In this document: piece by piece, positions 36,496 to 46,369 of the stretch
Position numbering within the stretch: position 1 is the stretch's first letter
How the letters are laid out: each line of letters opens with the position of its first letter
Assembly (NCBI GenBank): GCA_020441125.1
Contig: JAGRMT010000119.1
Span: 3,846-54,357 of the forward strand
Reading direction: 5' to 3'
DNA: 50,512 nucleotides
Source of the DNA: Roseivivax sp.
GTDB taxonomy: Bacteria; Pseudomonadota; Alphaproteobacteria; Rhodobacterales; Rhodobacteraceae
Program-made: the position numbers and the translations under genes
The notes under the pieces: model-generated
What the model was told of the DNA's origin: nothing
The model's input: the letters and a program-made list of their open reading frames with translations, nothing else
The model's database searches: none

Positions 36496-37476
36496 ATGAA
36501 AGCCCTGATCTTCGACGAACCGAACAAGCCGATCGTGACCCAGGTCCAGACGCCCGGCATCACCGACAACGAAGTGCTGATCCGCTCGCGCCGCGTCGGG
36601 ATCTGTCATTCGGATTACGAACTGCTGGCGGGCCAGTACATCATCCCCATTTCGTACCCGGTGACGCCTGGCCACGAATGGGTTGGCGAGGTGGTCGAGA
36701 TCGGCCGCAACGTCAAAGGCCTGAAGCGCGGCGACCGTGTGGTGGGCGAATGCGTGATCAACACGCCAGAGCGCATCCACCATTTCGGATTTTCTATGGA
36801 CGGCGCCGACCGCGAGTTCTTTGCCGCCCGTCCTGAATGGCTGCACAAGCTGCCCGACGCGGTGGACGACGCAAAGGGCGCGCTGATCGAGCCCTTCACC
36901 TGCGGCTATTACGCGGTGCTGCGCCATGGCGGCGTTTGTGCGGCTGACACGGTCGTGATCTCGGGCGGCGGAACAATCGGGCTGGTGTCGGCTGCGGCGG
37001 CCATCGGCATGGGCGCGCGTGTGATCGTGGTTGATCCGGTGCCGCTGCGCCGGGACATCGCGATGAAGCTGGGTGCGGATGCGACGGTCGACCCGACCAA
37101 GGGCAACCCGGTCGAGGCGATCACCGAGATGACCAAGGGCGGCGCCGACCTCGTGGTGGAATGCGCGGGCCATGCCTCATCGCTGGCCAATGTCTTCGAC
37201 TACGCCCGCGAGGAAGGCAACGTGTCGATGGTGGGTATCAACATCGGCCAGAAATTCCCGGTGGAGCTGGGCAAGATCCAGATCAAGAACCTGAACGTGC
37301 GGGGCTGCATCGGTTCGCCCGGCGTCTGGCCTGCGGCGATCCGGTTCCTGGAACGCACCGGCTTTGACCTGTCGCCGATCCAGACCCACACCTACGGCAT
37401 CGACGACGCGCTGACGGCGCTCGAACTCGGCAAGGCGCCCGACAAGGCTGTCAAGGTCACGCTGGAAATCGCCTGA
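36496..37476 (+). CDS. Zinc-dependent (MDR) dehydrogenase, sorbitol/threonine DH-like
   Basis: GICHSD, PGHEWVG, LIEP, GGGTIG. Confidence 0.85.
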   Translation: MKALIFDEPNKPIVTQVQTPGITDNEVLIRSRRVGICHSDYELLAGQYIIPISYPVTPGHEWVGEVVEIGRNVKGLKRGDRVVGECVINTPERIHHFGFSMDGADREFFAARPEWLHKLPDAVDDAKGALIEPFTCGYYAVLRHGGVCAADTVVISGGGTIGLVSAAAAIGMGARVIVVDPVPLRRDIAMKLGADATVDPTKGNPVEAITEMTKGGADLVVECAGHASSLANVFDYAREEGNVSMVGINIGQKFPVELGKIQIKNLNVRGCIGSPGVWPAAIRFLERTGFDLSPIQTHTYGIDDALTALELGKAPDKAVKVTLEIA

Positions 37477-37512
37477 CGCGTCGCGCGGGCAACGGGACGA
37501 GGGATCGCTACA

Positions 37513-38547
37513 ATGGCCGACACCACACCTTTCAGCTTCGGGCGCCGGTTCGGCCTGATGGCCGTGCCGCTGGCCAAGGGCTTTGCGACGATCGTGGTGT
37601 CGACCGTCGTGCTGATCGTCCTGTGTGCGATCTTCGCGCCGTCCGCGGTGACGGCGGGCTCGCTGATGGGCAGCCTGCCGTTCGCGTCGGTTCTGGCCAT
37701 TGTCGGACTGGGGCAGATGCTGGTGGTGCAGCAGGGCGGGTTCGACCTGTCGGTGCCCGGCTCGGTTTCGCTGGCCGTGGTGATTGCCACGCATATGCCC
37801 AACGGCAATGACGCGGCGCTGATGCAGGCGGTGCTTGTCGCCTTCGGCTTTGCTCTGGCCGCGGGTGTGCTGAACGGCGTCATGGTGGCCTATTTCCGGC
37901 TGAACGCCATCGTGGCGACCATCGGGATGAACGCGCTGCTTTACTCGGCCGTCTTCGCGATCTCCGGCGGCGTGCCCCGGATCACGACCAAGGCGCTGGC
38001 CGCAATCGCTGGCGGGCAGACTCTCGGTATCCCGCATTCCGTGATCTTTGCGCTGGCCGTGCTGATCGCTGTGTCATTCGTGCTGAAAAAGACCGTGGCC
38101 GGTCGCCGGTTCGAGGCCATCGGGGCCAACCCCCTGGCAGCACGGGCCGCCGGTCTGCGTGTGAAGCCCTACCAGGCGCTGGCCTATGTCGTGGCCCAGC
38201 TGCACTACTGCCTGGCCGGCATCCTGATCGCGGGGATCACCCGTGAACCGACTGCCTTCCAGGGCAATTCGCTTCTGCTGCCGTCCGTCGCCGTCGTGGT
38301 GCTGGCCGGCACATCGCTGCTGGGTGGGCGCGGCTTTCCGATTTCGGTCGTGATCGCCGCGTTCTTTCTGAACCAGCTCAGCCAGTTCGCCCTGTCGATC
38401 GGCGTGCCTTACTCGGCACAGACCATCGTTCAGGCGCTCGCGCTCGTCTTCGGGATCGGGGTCTACTCGATCGACTGGACGCGCCGTTTCAAGACGACCA
38501 AGCAACATTCGACGGAGGAGGAAAACCATGAAAATGTCGAAGTTTAA
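37513..38547 (+). CDS. Sugar ABC transporter permease (RbsC-like)
   Basis: GQMLVVQQGGFDLSV, IVATIG, GRRFEAIGANPLAARAAG, VVLAGTSLLGGRG. Confidence 0.88.
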   Translation: MADTTPFSFGRRFGLMAVPLAKGFATIVVSTVVLIVLCAIFAPSAVTAGSLMGSLPFASVLAIVGLGQMLVVQQGGFDLSVPGSVSLAVVIATHMPNGNDAALMQAVLVAFGFALAAGVLNGVMVAYFRLNAIVATIGMNALLYSAVFAISGGVPRITTKALAAIAGGQTLGIPHSVIFALAVLIAVSFVLKKTVAGRRFEAIGANPLAARAAGLRVKPYQALAYVVAQLHYCLAGILIAGITREPTAFQGNSLLLPSVAVVVLAGTSLLGGRGFPISVVIAAFFLNQLSQFALSIGVPYSAQTIVQALALVFGIGVYSIDWTRRFKTTKQHSTEEENHENVEV

Positions 38548-39595
38548 AGGCACCAGTGTTCTCGCAGCACTGAGTTTTGGGCTGGCTGCCGCGGCAACCG
38601 GCGCACTAGCGGAAGACGTGCCGTCCTGGTGCGGTCCGAACCAGGCAACGCTCGCGCTGCTGGACGGGTTCGGCGGCAACAGCTGGCGGCTGGTGACCAC
38701 CGCCTCGGGCAAGCAGGAAGCCGAGAAGTGCCCCAGCATTACCGAGTACTTCTATGCTGACGGCCAGGGAGACACCCAGAAGGCGATTTCCGACATCAAC
38801 TCGATGGCCGCACGCGGTGTGAACGCGATGGTGGTCTTCGGCGATGCCGGCCCGGCCGTTCTGCCGGCACTGACCAATGCCTTCCGGGCGGGGTCCGTGG
38901 TGGTGCCCTACCGGGTGAACGTCGGCGGCGAGGCCGGCAAGAACTATACCCGCTTCATCGGGGCCGATTTCGTCTATGACGGCGAAAGCTGGGGCAAATG
39001 GATCAAGGCGAACTTCCCGGACGGGGCCAACATCCTGTTCCTGTCCGGCCCTGCCGGCAACAGCCAGGGTCTGGACGAGTTGAAGGGGATGAAGAACATC
39101 CTCGACGACAGCTACAAGTTCCTGAACCCCGAGCCCTTTGCCGTGACCAACTGGGATCCGTCGCTGACCCAGCAGGTCCTGTCTGCCGCCATCGCGCAGC
39201 ATGACGACATCGACGTTATCGTGTCTGACTTCGGTCCGTCGCTGGTGGGTGCACTGCCAGTGTTCAAGAACTTCAATCGTTCGATCCCGGCACTTGCAAC
39301 GTCGGACGGCAACTCGCTGGGCTGCTTCTGGAACGACAACCACGCCGACAACCCTGACTTCAAGCTGTTCACCGTGGCCACCGGCAACGACAACGTGCGC
39401 CTTGCGGTTCAGTGGGCGATTGCCGAAGCCACCGGCGGCACGCCCCCGGAAAAGGAAATCTTCGAAGCCCCGAACTTCGAAGACTCCACCGACAACGACC
39501 CCAGCGCGGTACAGTGCCGTGCCGACCTGCCGGGCGCCATCTACCTGTCCTCGCAGCTTTCGGGCGACGAACAGGCAAAAGCTGTCGGTCAGTAA
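38528..39595 (+). CDS. Sugar ABC transporter substrate-binding protein
   Basis: Signal peptide; DGFGGNSWR, DTQKAISDINSM, GPAGN. Lies between permease and ATPase. Confidence 0.85.
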   Translation: MKMSKFKGTSVLAALSFGLAAAATGALAEDVPSWCGPNQATLALLDGFGGNSWRLVTTASGKQEAEKCPSITEYFYADGQGDTQKAISDINSMAARGVNAMVVFGDAGPAVLPALTNAFRAGSVVVPYRVNVGGEAGKNYTRFIGADFVYDGESWGKWIKANFPDGANILFLSGPAGNSQGLDELKGMKNILDDSYKFLNPEPFAVTNWDPSLTQQVLSAAIAQHDDIDVIVSDFGPSLVGALPVFKNFNRSIPALATSDGNSLGCFWNDNHADNPDFKLFTVATGNDNVRLAVQWAIAEATGGTPPEKEIFEAPNFEDSTDNDPSAVQCRADLPGAIYLSSQLSGDEQAKAVGQ

Positions 39596-39606
39596 ATGAC
39601 TGATTT

Positions 39607-39630
39607 CCCGGGCGGCACGCGCCGCCCGGG
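39607..39630 (+). repeat. Perfect GC hairpin after the SBP gene
   Basis: CCCGGGCGGC-ACGC-GCCGCCCGGG, 10-bp stem. Confidence 0.55.
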
Positions 39631-39719
39631 CGCATACCCAGCGATGCAACCCCTGACTTGCGGAAAATGAACGGATGATCGCCTTGGCTGAAATAGTACC
39701 TGTCGACCGGGCCGAACAC

Positions 39720-42206
39720 ATGACAGCAACGCAAGCGGCAAAGCCGCTGGTCCGTCTGAGCCGCGTGTCGAAATCCTTTGGCGCGGTGCGTGCTCTGAGC
39801 GATGTCAGCGTCGATATCTTTGCCGGCGAGGTTCACGCCATCCTCGGCGAGAACGGGGCAGGCAAATCGACCCTGATGAACATCATCACCGGGGTCCTGC
39901 AACCGAACACGGGGACCATCGAATTCGAGGGGCGAAACGTGATGCCCCTGAGCCCCGAGTCCTCATCCCAACTGGGGATCGCAATTTCCTATCAGCACCC
40001 GGCGATCCTGCCTGACATGACAGTGCTGGAAAACCTGCAGGTTTCCCTGCCTGCGCGCGTCTTTGCCGGCGGCCGCACCGACGTTATCGCTCGCCGCCTG
40101 CTGGATGACATCGGATTGCATGTGGCGCTGAACGCGCGGGTTGAAACGCTGACCATCGCGCAGAAACACTTGCTGGAACTGGCCAAGGCGCTGGCCGTCG
40201 ATCCGAAGGTGCTGATCCTGGACGAGCCGACCGCGGCACTGGACCAGGACGCGACCGACATGCTGTTCCAGCGTGTTCGCAAGCTCAAGGATGCCGGAAC
40301 CGCCGTCATCTACATCACGCACCGCCTGGCCGAATTGCGCCAGATCGCCGACCGGGTAACCGTTCTGCGCGACGGGCGCCACCGCGGCAGCATGCTGGCG
40401 CGCGACATCACCAACCGCGAGTTGCTGGACCTGATCGTCGGGCGCACGCTTGCCTCGGCCTTCCCGCCGAAATGTGCCGACGCCGCGCCGCAGGTCAACT
40501 TTGCCGTCCGCGGTCTAAGCGGCGGCAAGTTCACCGATGTGTCGTTCGAGGTCGGCCGGGGCCAGATCATCGGTATTGCCGGTGTCGAAGGCAACGGACA
40601 GTCAGACCTGATGCGTGCCTTGGCCGGACTGCAGCCCAGCACGGGCGAGATCGTCATGGGTGGGAAGCCGCTGGCGCAGCGCACCCTGAAGGACATGGCT
40701 GCCTACATGCCGTCCGACCGCCATGCCGAGGGGCTGGCCGCCGATCTGACCATTCGCGAAAACGCCACCTTTGCCGCGCTCGACCGTTTCGCCAGCGCCG
40801 GCGTACTGAGCCGCCGCCGCGAGGTCGAGGAAGTCCGCGGCGTTTTCAATTCGCTGGCGGTCAAGGCCACGGGGCTGGAGGCCCGGGTCGGGTCGCTGTC
40901 GGGCGGCAACCAGCAAAAGGTCGTGATGTCACGCGCGCTCTTGTCCGAACCGGCCTACATTCTGGCCGACGAACCCACGCAGGGCGTCGATGTCGGCGCA
41001 CGGTTCGAGATTTACCGTATTCTGCGCGAAGTGTCGGACGCCGGTACGCCGGTTATCGTCAATTCCTCCGATGCAGCCGAACTCGAAGGGCTTTGCGACA
41101 TCGTCATCGTGATGTCGCGGGGCAGGGTGGTGGAAACGCTACGCGGCAACGAGATCACCGAGGCGCGGATTGTCGGCGCGGCGGTCGAGGCAGACACCCA
41201 AGCGCACCACATCGACGAGGCCCGCCGCCGTGCCGACGGTTTCGGAGCGCGCCTGCGCCATTTCGCACAAACCGACAACGCCACGGTGATCCCGCTGGTG
41301 GTGGTCGCTGCGGCGCTGGCGCTGTTCGTGGCGGGGCAGAACGAAAACTACCTTTCGGCTTTCAACATCTCGAACATCCTGATCCTGGCGACTGCGCTTG
41401 GGTTCATCGCGCTTGGCCAGACGATTGCCCTGCTGATGGGCGGGATCGACCTGTCCGTCGGGCCGCTTGCGGGCTTTCTTGTGGTGATCGGGTCATTCTT
41501 CATCAATGACGGCAACCCGGCCTCGACCATGGCGCTTGGCTTTGTGCTGATGTTCGGGGCGGCCATTGTGGTTGGCCTGATCAACGGCGTGCTGATCCGG
41601 TTCGCGAATTTCACGCCGATCGCCGCGACGCTGGCCATGTTCATCGGCTTGCAGGGCATGAGCTTTGTCCTGCGCGACGGGCCGGGGGGGTATATCTCGT
41701 TCGGTGTGATCGACATGCTGACATGGCGGGTCGGGCCGGTTCCGGTCGCCTTTGTGGTCATGGTCGCGCTGGCCATCGCCTTCGAGGTCGGCCTGCGGCG
41801 GCTGCGTCCGGGCTGGCAGCTGCGGGCGGTTGGGTCTGACGAACAGGCGGCGCGCCGCATCGGCATCCGCACTGACCGGACCTTTGTGCTGGGCTATGTC
41901 GCGGTATCGGTTCTGACGGCCGTGGGCGCGGTGATGCTGATGGCGCAGATCGGTGTCGGCGATCCGGCGCAAGGCGTGAACTACACGCTTGGAAGCATCA
42001 CGGCGGTCGTGCTGGGCGGGACCAGCCTTCTGGGCGGCCGCGGGACTTTTGTCGGCTCTGTTCTGGGTGCCGTCCTGCTGACCGAAGTGCTGAACGCCGT
42101 GTCGTTCATGGGCCTTTCACAAAGCTATCAATACGGGTTCCAGGGTCTGCTGATCCTGGCCGCCGCCCTGATCTACACCACCGCACGGCATCGCCGCGAA
42201 GCGTGA
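39720..42206 (+). CDS. Sugar ABC transporter: tandem ATPase (RbsA-like) fused to a permease
   Basis: GENGAGKST, ILDEPT, LSGGNQQK and DEPTQGVDVG are followed in frame by GQTIALLMGGIDLSV...AVVLGGTSLLGGRG. Alternative start 39675. Confidence 0.85.
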   Translation: MTATQAAKPLVRLSRVSKSFGAVRALSDVSVDIFAGEVHAILGENGAGKSTLMNIITGVLQPNTGTIEFEGRNVMPLSPESSSQLGIAISYQHPAILPDMTVLENLQVSLPARVFAGGRTDVIARRLLDDIGLHVALNARVETLTIAQKHLLELAKALAVDPKVLILDEPTAALDQDATDMLFQRVRKLKDAGTAVIYITHRLAELRQIADRVTVLRDGRHRGSMLARDITNRELLDLIVGRTLASAFPPKCADAAPQVNFAVRGLSGGKFTDVSFEVGRGQIIGIAGVEGNGQSDLMRALAGLQPSTGEIVMGGKPLAQRTLKDMAAYMPSDRHAEGLAADLTIRENATFAALDRFASAGVLSRRREVEEVRGVFNSLAVKATGLEARVGSLSGGNQQKVVMSRALLSEPAYILADEPTQGVDVGARFEIYRILREVSDAGTPVIVNSSDAAELEGLCDIVIVMSRGRVVETLRGNEITEARIVGAAVEADTQAHHIDEARRRADGFGARLRHFAQTDNATVIPLVVVAAALALFVAGQNENYLSAFNISNILILATALGFIALGQTIALLMGGIDLSVGPLAGFLVVIGSFFINDGNPASTMALGFVLMFGAAIVVGLINGVLIRFANFTPIAATLAMFIGLQGMSFVLRDGPGGYISFGVIDMLTWRVGPVPVAFVVMVALAIAFEVGLRRLRPGWQLRAVGSDEQAARRIGIRTDRTFVLGYVAVSVLTAVGAVMLMAQIGVGDPAQGVNYTLGSITAVVLGGTSLLGGRGTFVGSVLGAVLLTEVLNAVSFMGLSQSYQYGFQGLLILAAALIYTTARHRREA

Positions 42207-42263
42207 CCCACAGTCCGAAGAACACCAAGACAACGTCCCTATTCCCGGGCGAACGGAGAGATC

Positions 42264-43328
42264 ATGTCCAGATCATTCACCTACACCTCCACCCCGGGGC
42301 GCGTCGTCTTTGGCCCCGGCACGCTGGGCACGGTCGGCGAGGAGATTGCCGCGTTGGGGGGCAAACGCGCCCTGATCCTGTCGACGCCGTTCCAGGAACC
42401 GGATGCCAAGGCGCTGGCGGACCGATTGGGCAATCTGGCCGCCGGGGTCTTTGCCGGGGCAGCGATGCACACGCCCGTCAGCGTGACCGACAAGGCGATG
42501 GCGGTCTACGATGAAACCGGCGCGGATTGCGTCGTTTCCCTGGGCGGCGGGTCGACGATCGGGCTGGGCAAGGCGATCGCTTGGCGCAACGACACGCCGC
42601 AGATCGTGGTGGCAACGACATATGCCGGATCCGAGGTGACCGATATCCTCGGCCAGACCGAAGAAGGCCGCAAGACCACCGTCAGAAACCCGAAAATCCG
42701 GCCCGAGACGGTGATCTACGATCCCGAGCTGACACTGGGCCTGCCCGTCGCGATGAGCGTGTCCAGCGGGTTGAACGCCATGGCCCATGCGGTTGAGGGG
42801 CTCTATGCCCCTGACGCCAACCCGGTGACCTCGTTGATGGCCATCGAAGGGTTGCGGGCGCTGAAGTTCGCCCTGCCGCGGATCGTCAGCGACCCGCGCG
42901 ACCGCGACGCAAGGGCCGACGCGCTTTATGGTTCCTGGCTGTGCGGGATCGTCCTGGGTTCGGTGGCGATGTCGCTGCATCACAAGCTTTGCCACACTCT
43001 GGGCGGCGGGTTCGACATGCCGCATGCCGAAACCCATGCCGCGCTGATCCCGCACACCGCCGCCTATAACGCCAAGGCCGCCGCGCCGCAGCTTGCGCGT
43101 GCGGCCGAACTGTTTGGCGGCGACCTTGGCGGCGGGCTTTACGATTTCGCGCAATCGGTCGGTGCGCCGCGTGCGCTGTCGGACCTCGGCCTGAAGGCAG
43201 GCGACCTGGCCCGGGCCGCCGAAATGGCTGCCCAAAACCCCTATGCAAATCCGCAGCCCGTCACCCGTGACGGCATCCAGGCCCTGCTGGAGCGTGCCCA
43301 TGCCGGCCAGCGGCCCGTAACACAGTAA
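42264..43328 (+). CDS. Maleylacetate reductase (iron-containing ADH family)
   Basis: RVVFGPG, AAMHTP, LGGGSTIGLGKA, TTYAGSEVT, NAMAHAVE, LHHKLCHTLGG, PHAETH. Confidence 0.9.
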   Translation: MSRSFTYTSTPGRVVFGPGTLGTVGEEIAALGGKRALILSTPFQEPDAKALADRLGNLAAGVFAGAAMHTPVSVTDKAMAVYDETGADCVVSLGGGSTIGLGKAIAWRNDTPQIVVATTYAGSEVTDILGQTEEGRKTTVRNPKIRPETVIYDPELTLGLPVAMSVSSGLNAMAHAVEGLYAPDANPVTSLMAIEGLRALKFALPRIVSDPRDRDARADALYGSWLCGIVLGSVAMSLHHKLCHTLGGGFDMPHAETHAALIPHTAAYNAKAAAPQLARAAELFGGDLGGGLYDFAQSVGAPRALSDLGLKAGDLARAAEMAAQNPYANPQPVTRDGIQALLERAHAGQRPVTQ

Positions 43329-43341
43329 AGGGAGGGGGCTC

Positions 43342-44211
43342 ATGACCCAGCAACCGCAAATCGCCTATTTCACGGAAGAAGCATCCGTCGACACTGTGAA
43401 TGCCCGCGTTTCGGGCGACGCCGATGCGCGCCTGACCCAGGTGATGGCCAGCCTTGTCAGGCATCTGCATGCCTTCATCAAGGACGTTGAACTGACCCAG
43501 CAAGAATGGGGGATCGCCATAGATTTCCTGACCCGCACCGGCCAGATCTGCGACGAGAACCGTCAGGAGTTCATCCTGCTGTCCGATGTGCTGGGGGTGT
43601 CCATGCTGGTCGACGCGATCAACAACCGCCGACCGACGGGCGCGACCGAAAACACGGTGCTGGGCCCTTTCCATGTCGATGGCGTGCCGGAATACGAGAT
43701 GGGCGCGAACATCACCCAGCAAGGCGGGCGCGAGACCTGCCGCTTCGAAGGCCGGGTGACCGATCTGGACGGCAATCCGATCGCGGGTGCGCGCATTGAC
43801 GTGTGGTGTGACAGCGAAGACGGCTTCTACGACGTGCAGCAACCGGGCATCCAGCCACAGCACAATAACCGTGGGTTGTTTACGACCGGGTCTGACGGGC
43901 GTTACTGGTTCGAGGGCATCAAGCCCGTGTCCTATCCGATCCCCGACGACGGACCGGTCGGCCGGATGTTGGGCCAGCTTGGCCGTCACCCGTACCGGCC
44001 GGCCCACATGCATTTCATCGTCAGTGCCGATGGCTATGACACGGTCACCACGCACACCTTCGTAGCAGGCGATCCCTATCTGACCTCAGACGCTGTTTTC
44101 GGGGTCAAGAAGTCCCTGATCGCCGATTTCGAACCTGTCACGGATGGGCCAACCCGGTGGCGATCCGAATATGACTTCGTGCTGACCGGGGCCAAAGGGG
44201 GCACGCCATGA
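43342..44211 (+). CDS. Intradiol ring-cleavage dioxygenase (hydroxyquinol 1,2-dioxygenase-like)
   Basis: RQEFILLSDVLGVS, ATENTVLGPFH, GFYDVQ, YPIPDDGPVG, RPAHMHF, SDAVFGVK. Confidence 0.9.
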   Translation: MTQQPQIAYFTEEASVDTVNARVSGDADARLTQVMASLVRHLHAFIKDVELTQQEWGIAIDFLTRTGQICDENRQEFILLSDVLGVSMLVDAINNRRPTGATENTVLGPFHVDGVPEYEMGANITQQGGRETCRFEGRVTDLDGNPIAGARIDVWCDSEDGFYDVQQPGIQPQHNNRGLFTTGSDGRYWFEGIKPVSYPIPDDGPVGRMLGQLGRHPYRPAHMHFIVSADGYDTVTTHTFVAGDPYLTSDAVFGVKKSLIADFEPVTDGPTRWRSEYDFVLTGAKGGTP

Positions 44212-44996
44212 CGCGGGCTGAGGAAATGGGGGGCGTCGTCGTTACCGGCGCGGCGCGCGGTATCGGGTTCGGAATCGCACGCAGCGCCGCGGCAACGGGC
44301 TATGGTGTCGTGGTCGCGGATGTCGACGCTGACACTGGAAAGGCAGCCGCGGCACGGATCACCGCCGAGGGCGGCAGGGCCGGGTTCGTCAAGGTCGATG
44401 TTACCGACCGGGCGCAGGTGCGCGCCGCCATCAAGGAATGCGCGTCGGAATTCGGCTTTCTGCACGGGATCGTCAACAACGCGGGTTTCAACCGTCCGCA
44501 GCCATTCCTCGAAACGACCGAGGAGAACTGGACGCGCATCATGCAGGTCAACGGTCTGGGTGTCCTGATCGGCATCCAGGAGGCCGCAAAGGCGATGATC
44601 GCCGCCGGCACAAGGGGCAAGATCATCAGCACGGCATCCATGGCCGGGCGCACAGGGTTTGGCGATTTCGCCCCCTATTGCGCCAGCAAGGCCGCCGTCA
44701 TCAGCCTGACCCAGGCCGCGGCGCGCAGCCTTGCGCCGCATGGGATCACCGCGAATGCCTTCGCGCCCGGAGTGGTGGAAACCGAACTGTGGACCACGCT
44801 CGACAAGGACCTGATGGAGATGGGTGTATCTTCCGAACCCGGAGAGGCGATGCGCAAGTTTGCCGCCGGGATCCCCCTTGGCCGGACATCGACCCCGGCC
44901 GACATCGTCGGGACCGTCGATTTCCTGCTGTCGCGCGCATCGGATTACATGACCGGCCAGTGTCTGCAAATCGACGGCGGGATGATCATGCAATGA
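44208..44996 (+). CDS. Short-chain dehydrogenase/reductase (polyol/acetoin DH-like)
   Basis: TGAARGIG, NNAG, YCASK, APGVVET-x-LW, YMTGQ. Confidence 0.88.
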   Translation: MTRAEEMGGVVVTGAARGIGFGIARSAAATGYGVVVADVDADTGKAAAARITAEGGRAGFVKVDVTDRAQVRAAIKECASEFGFLHGIVNNAGFNRPQPFLETTEENWTRIMQVNGLGVLIGIQEAAKAMIAAGTRGKIISTASMAGRTGFGDFAPYCASKAAVISLTQAAARSLAPHGITANAFAPGVVETELWTTLDKDLMEMGVSSEPGEAMRKFAAGIPLGRTSTPADIVGTVDFLLSRASDYMTGQCLQIDGGMIMQ

Positions 44997-46045
44997 CCGG
45001 CGCGTCGACCTCACCTCGTATCGCCTTTATCGGGACCGGTGCGCAGGGCGCCTCGATCGCGGCGGATTTTACGGTGGCCGGTCTGGATGTGACCTTCATC
45101 GACCAGTGGCCTGCCCATGTCGAAGCCATGCGCGCCAATGGTCTGACGGTGAACCTTCCGACCCGCGTGCTGCATACCCCCGTGAAGGCCCTTCACCTGT
45201 GCGAGATCGCCGAGATCAAGGAACCCTTCGATGTGGTGTTCATGGTGGTCAAGGCCTATGACACCAAATGGGCAGCCGAGATGATCAAGCCGGTTTTGGC
45301 CGAGGACGGGTTCGTCGTCGGCCTTCAGAACGGCATGACGCACGAGGATATCGCCTCTGTGGTCGGCGCGCACCGGACGATCGGCGCGGTGATCGAGATC
45401 GCGTCGAACATGTGGGTACCGGGGGTCACGACCCGTCAGAACGACACCGACGAAAGCTGGTTTGCCATGGGGGCGCTGGACCCCGAACAACAACCGCGCG
45501 TCCATGCGGTGGCCGATCTGCTTCGGCACTCCGGCACGGTCGAGGTGGTGGACGACATCCGGTCGGCCAAGTGGATGAAGCTGGTGGTCAACGCGGCCGA
45601 GCTGATCCCCTCGGCCATCATCGACACGGCGCTGAACGATGCCGCGCGCGATCCGGCGTTTCTGGAGGTGATGCGCAGGGCAGGCTACGAGGCGATGGAA
45701 GCCGCGCTGGCAGATGGCGCCACGATCATGCCGATCATCGGAATGCCCCCGGTCATGAGCAATGATCCGGAACGCTATGTCGACCAGATCTTCGAGAAGG
45801 TCCTGACGACATTTTCGCGAGAGGACACCCTGACCACGTCGCTGCAGGACTGGCGCAAGGGGCGCCGGGCCGAGGTGGATGAGGTCAACGGCCTGGTCGT
45901 TGACATCCTTGCCGCGCAGGGCCGCGATGCCCCGGTCAACCGCATGGTTGTCGATTTTGCAAAACAGATCGAAAAGGGCACCCGAAGGCTCACGCCGGGC
46001 AATGCCAAGGAGATGATCGCCTTCTGCACGGCCACGCGTCGGTAG
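44993..46045 (+). CDS. Ketopantoate reductase family protein
   Basis: IGTGAQG, VKAYDT, LQNGM, KWMKLVVN, SLQDWRKGRRAEVDEVNG. ATGA-coupled. Confidence 0.83.
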   Translation: MTGASTSPRIAFIGTGAQGASIAADFTVAGLDVTFIDQWPAHVEAMRANGLTVNLPTRVLHTPVKALHLCEIAEIKEPFDVVFMVVKAYDTKWAAEMIKPVLAEDGFVVGLQNGMTHEDIASVVGAHRTIGAVIEIASNMWVPGVTTRQNDTDESWFAMGALDPEQQPRVHAVADLLRHSGTVEVVDDIRSAKWMKLVVNAAELIPSAIIDTALNDAARDPAFLEVMRRAGYEAMEAALADGATIMPIIGMPPVMSNDPERYVDQIFEKVLTTFSREDTLTTSLQDWRKGRRAEVDEVNGLVVDILAAQGRDAPVNRMVVDFAKQIEKGTRRLTPGNAKEMIAFCTATRR

Positions 46046-46280
46046 GGGAGGCTGATTCCGCTTGCGGCGGCTGGGGCAGGGGCGCACCGCCGCTCAACCC
46101 CTGGCGCTGCGTCGGCATGCTGCTCCTGCGGGCCTCAGCCCGTGGCCCGATGCCGGGGCGTTCGATCCGCTCAGGCTCGGCCGGATCGGCATCTGATCGG
46201 GCCATAACCTTTCCACTTCGAATCCAAGTCATGCCCTTGACTTGGTGCCTTGGGCTGGCTTCTCGACAGAACGTGAAATC

Positions 46281-46320
46281 GGTACAACACGTCCGGGTTG
46301 GTGCAACATTATGTTGCACT
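46281..46320. repeat. GGT(A/G)CAACA repeats including the perfect palindrome GTGCAACAT-T-ATGTTGCAC upstream of dusA
   Basis: Half-sites at 46281, 46300 and, inverted, 46312. Confidence 0.6.
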
Positions 46321-46369
46321 TACCCCAAGAACGGGGGCAAACGGCCCCAAACCGAGGAAGACCGAGCCG

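Noticed and set aside
44438-44992. N-terminal extension of the ketopantoate reductase-like ORF (535 aa)
   Set aside because: Overlaps the SDR in another frame. The real start is ATG 44993 (ATGA coupling).
45990-46319. 109-aa minus-strand ORF as an integrase remnant next to dusA
   Set aside because: No recognisable tyrosine-recombinase or arm-binding motifs.
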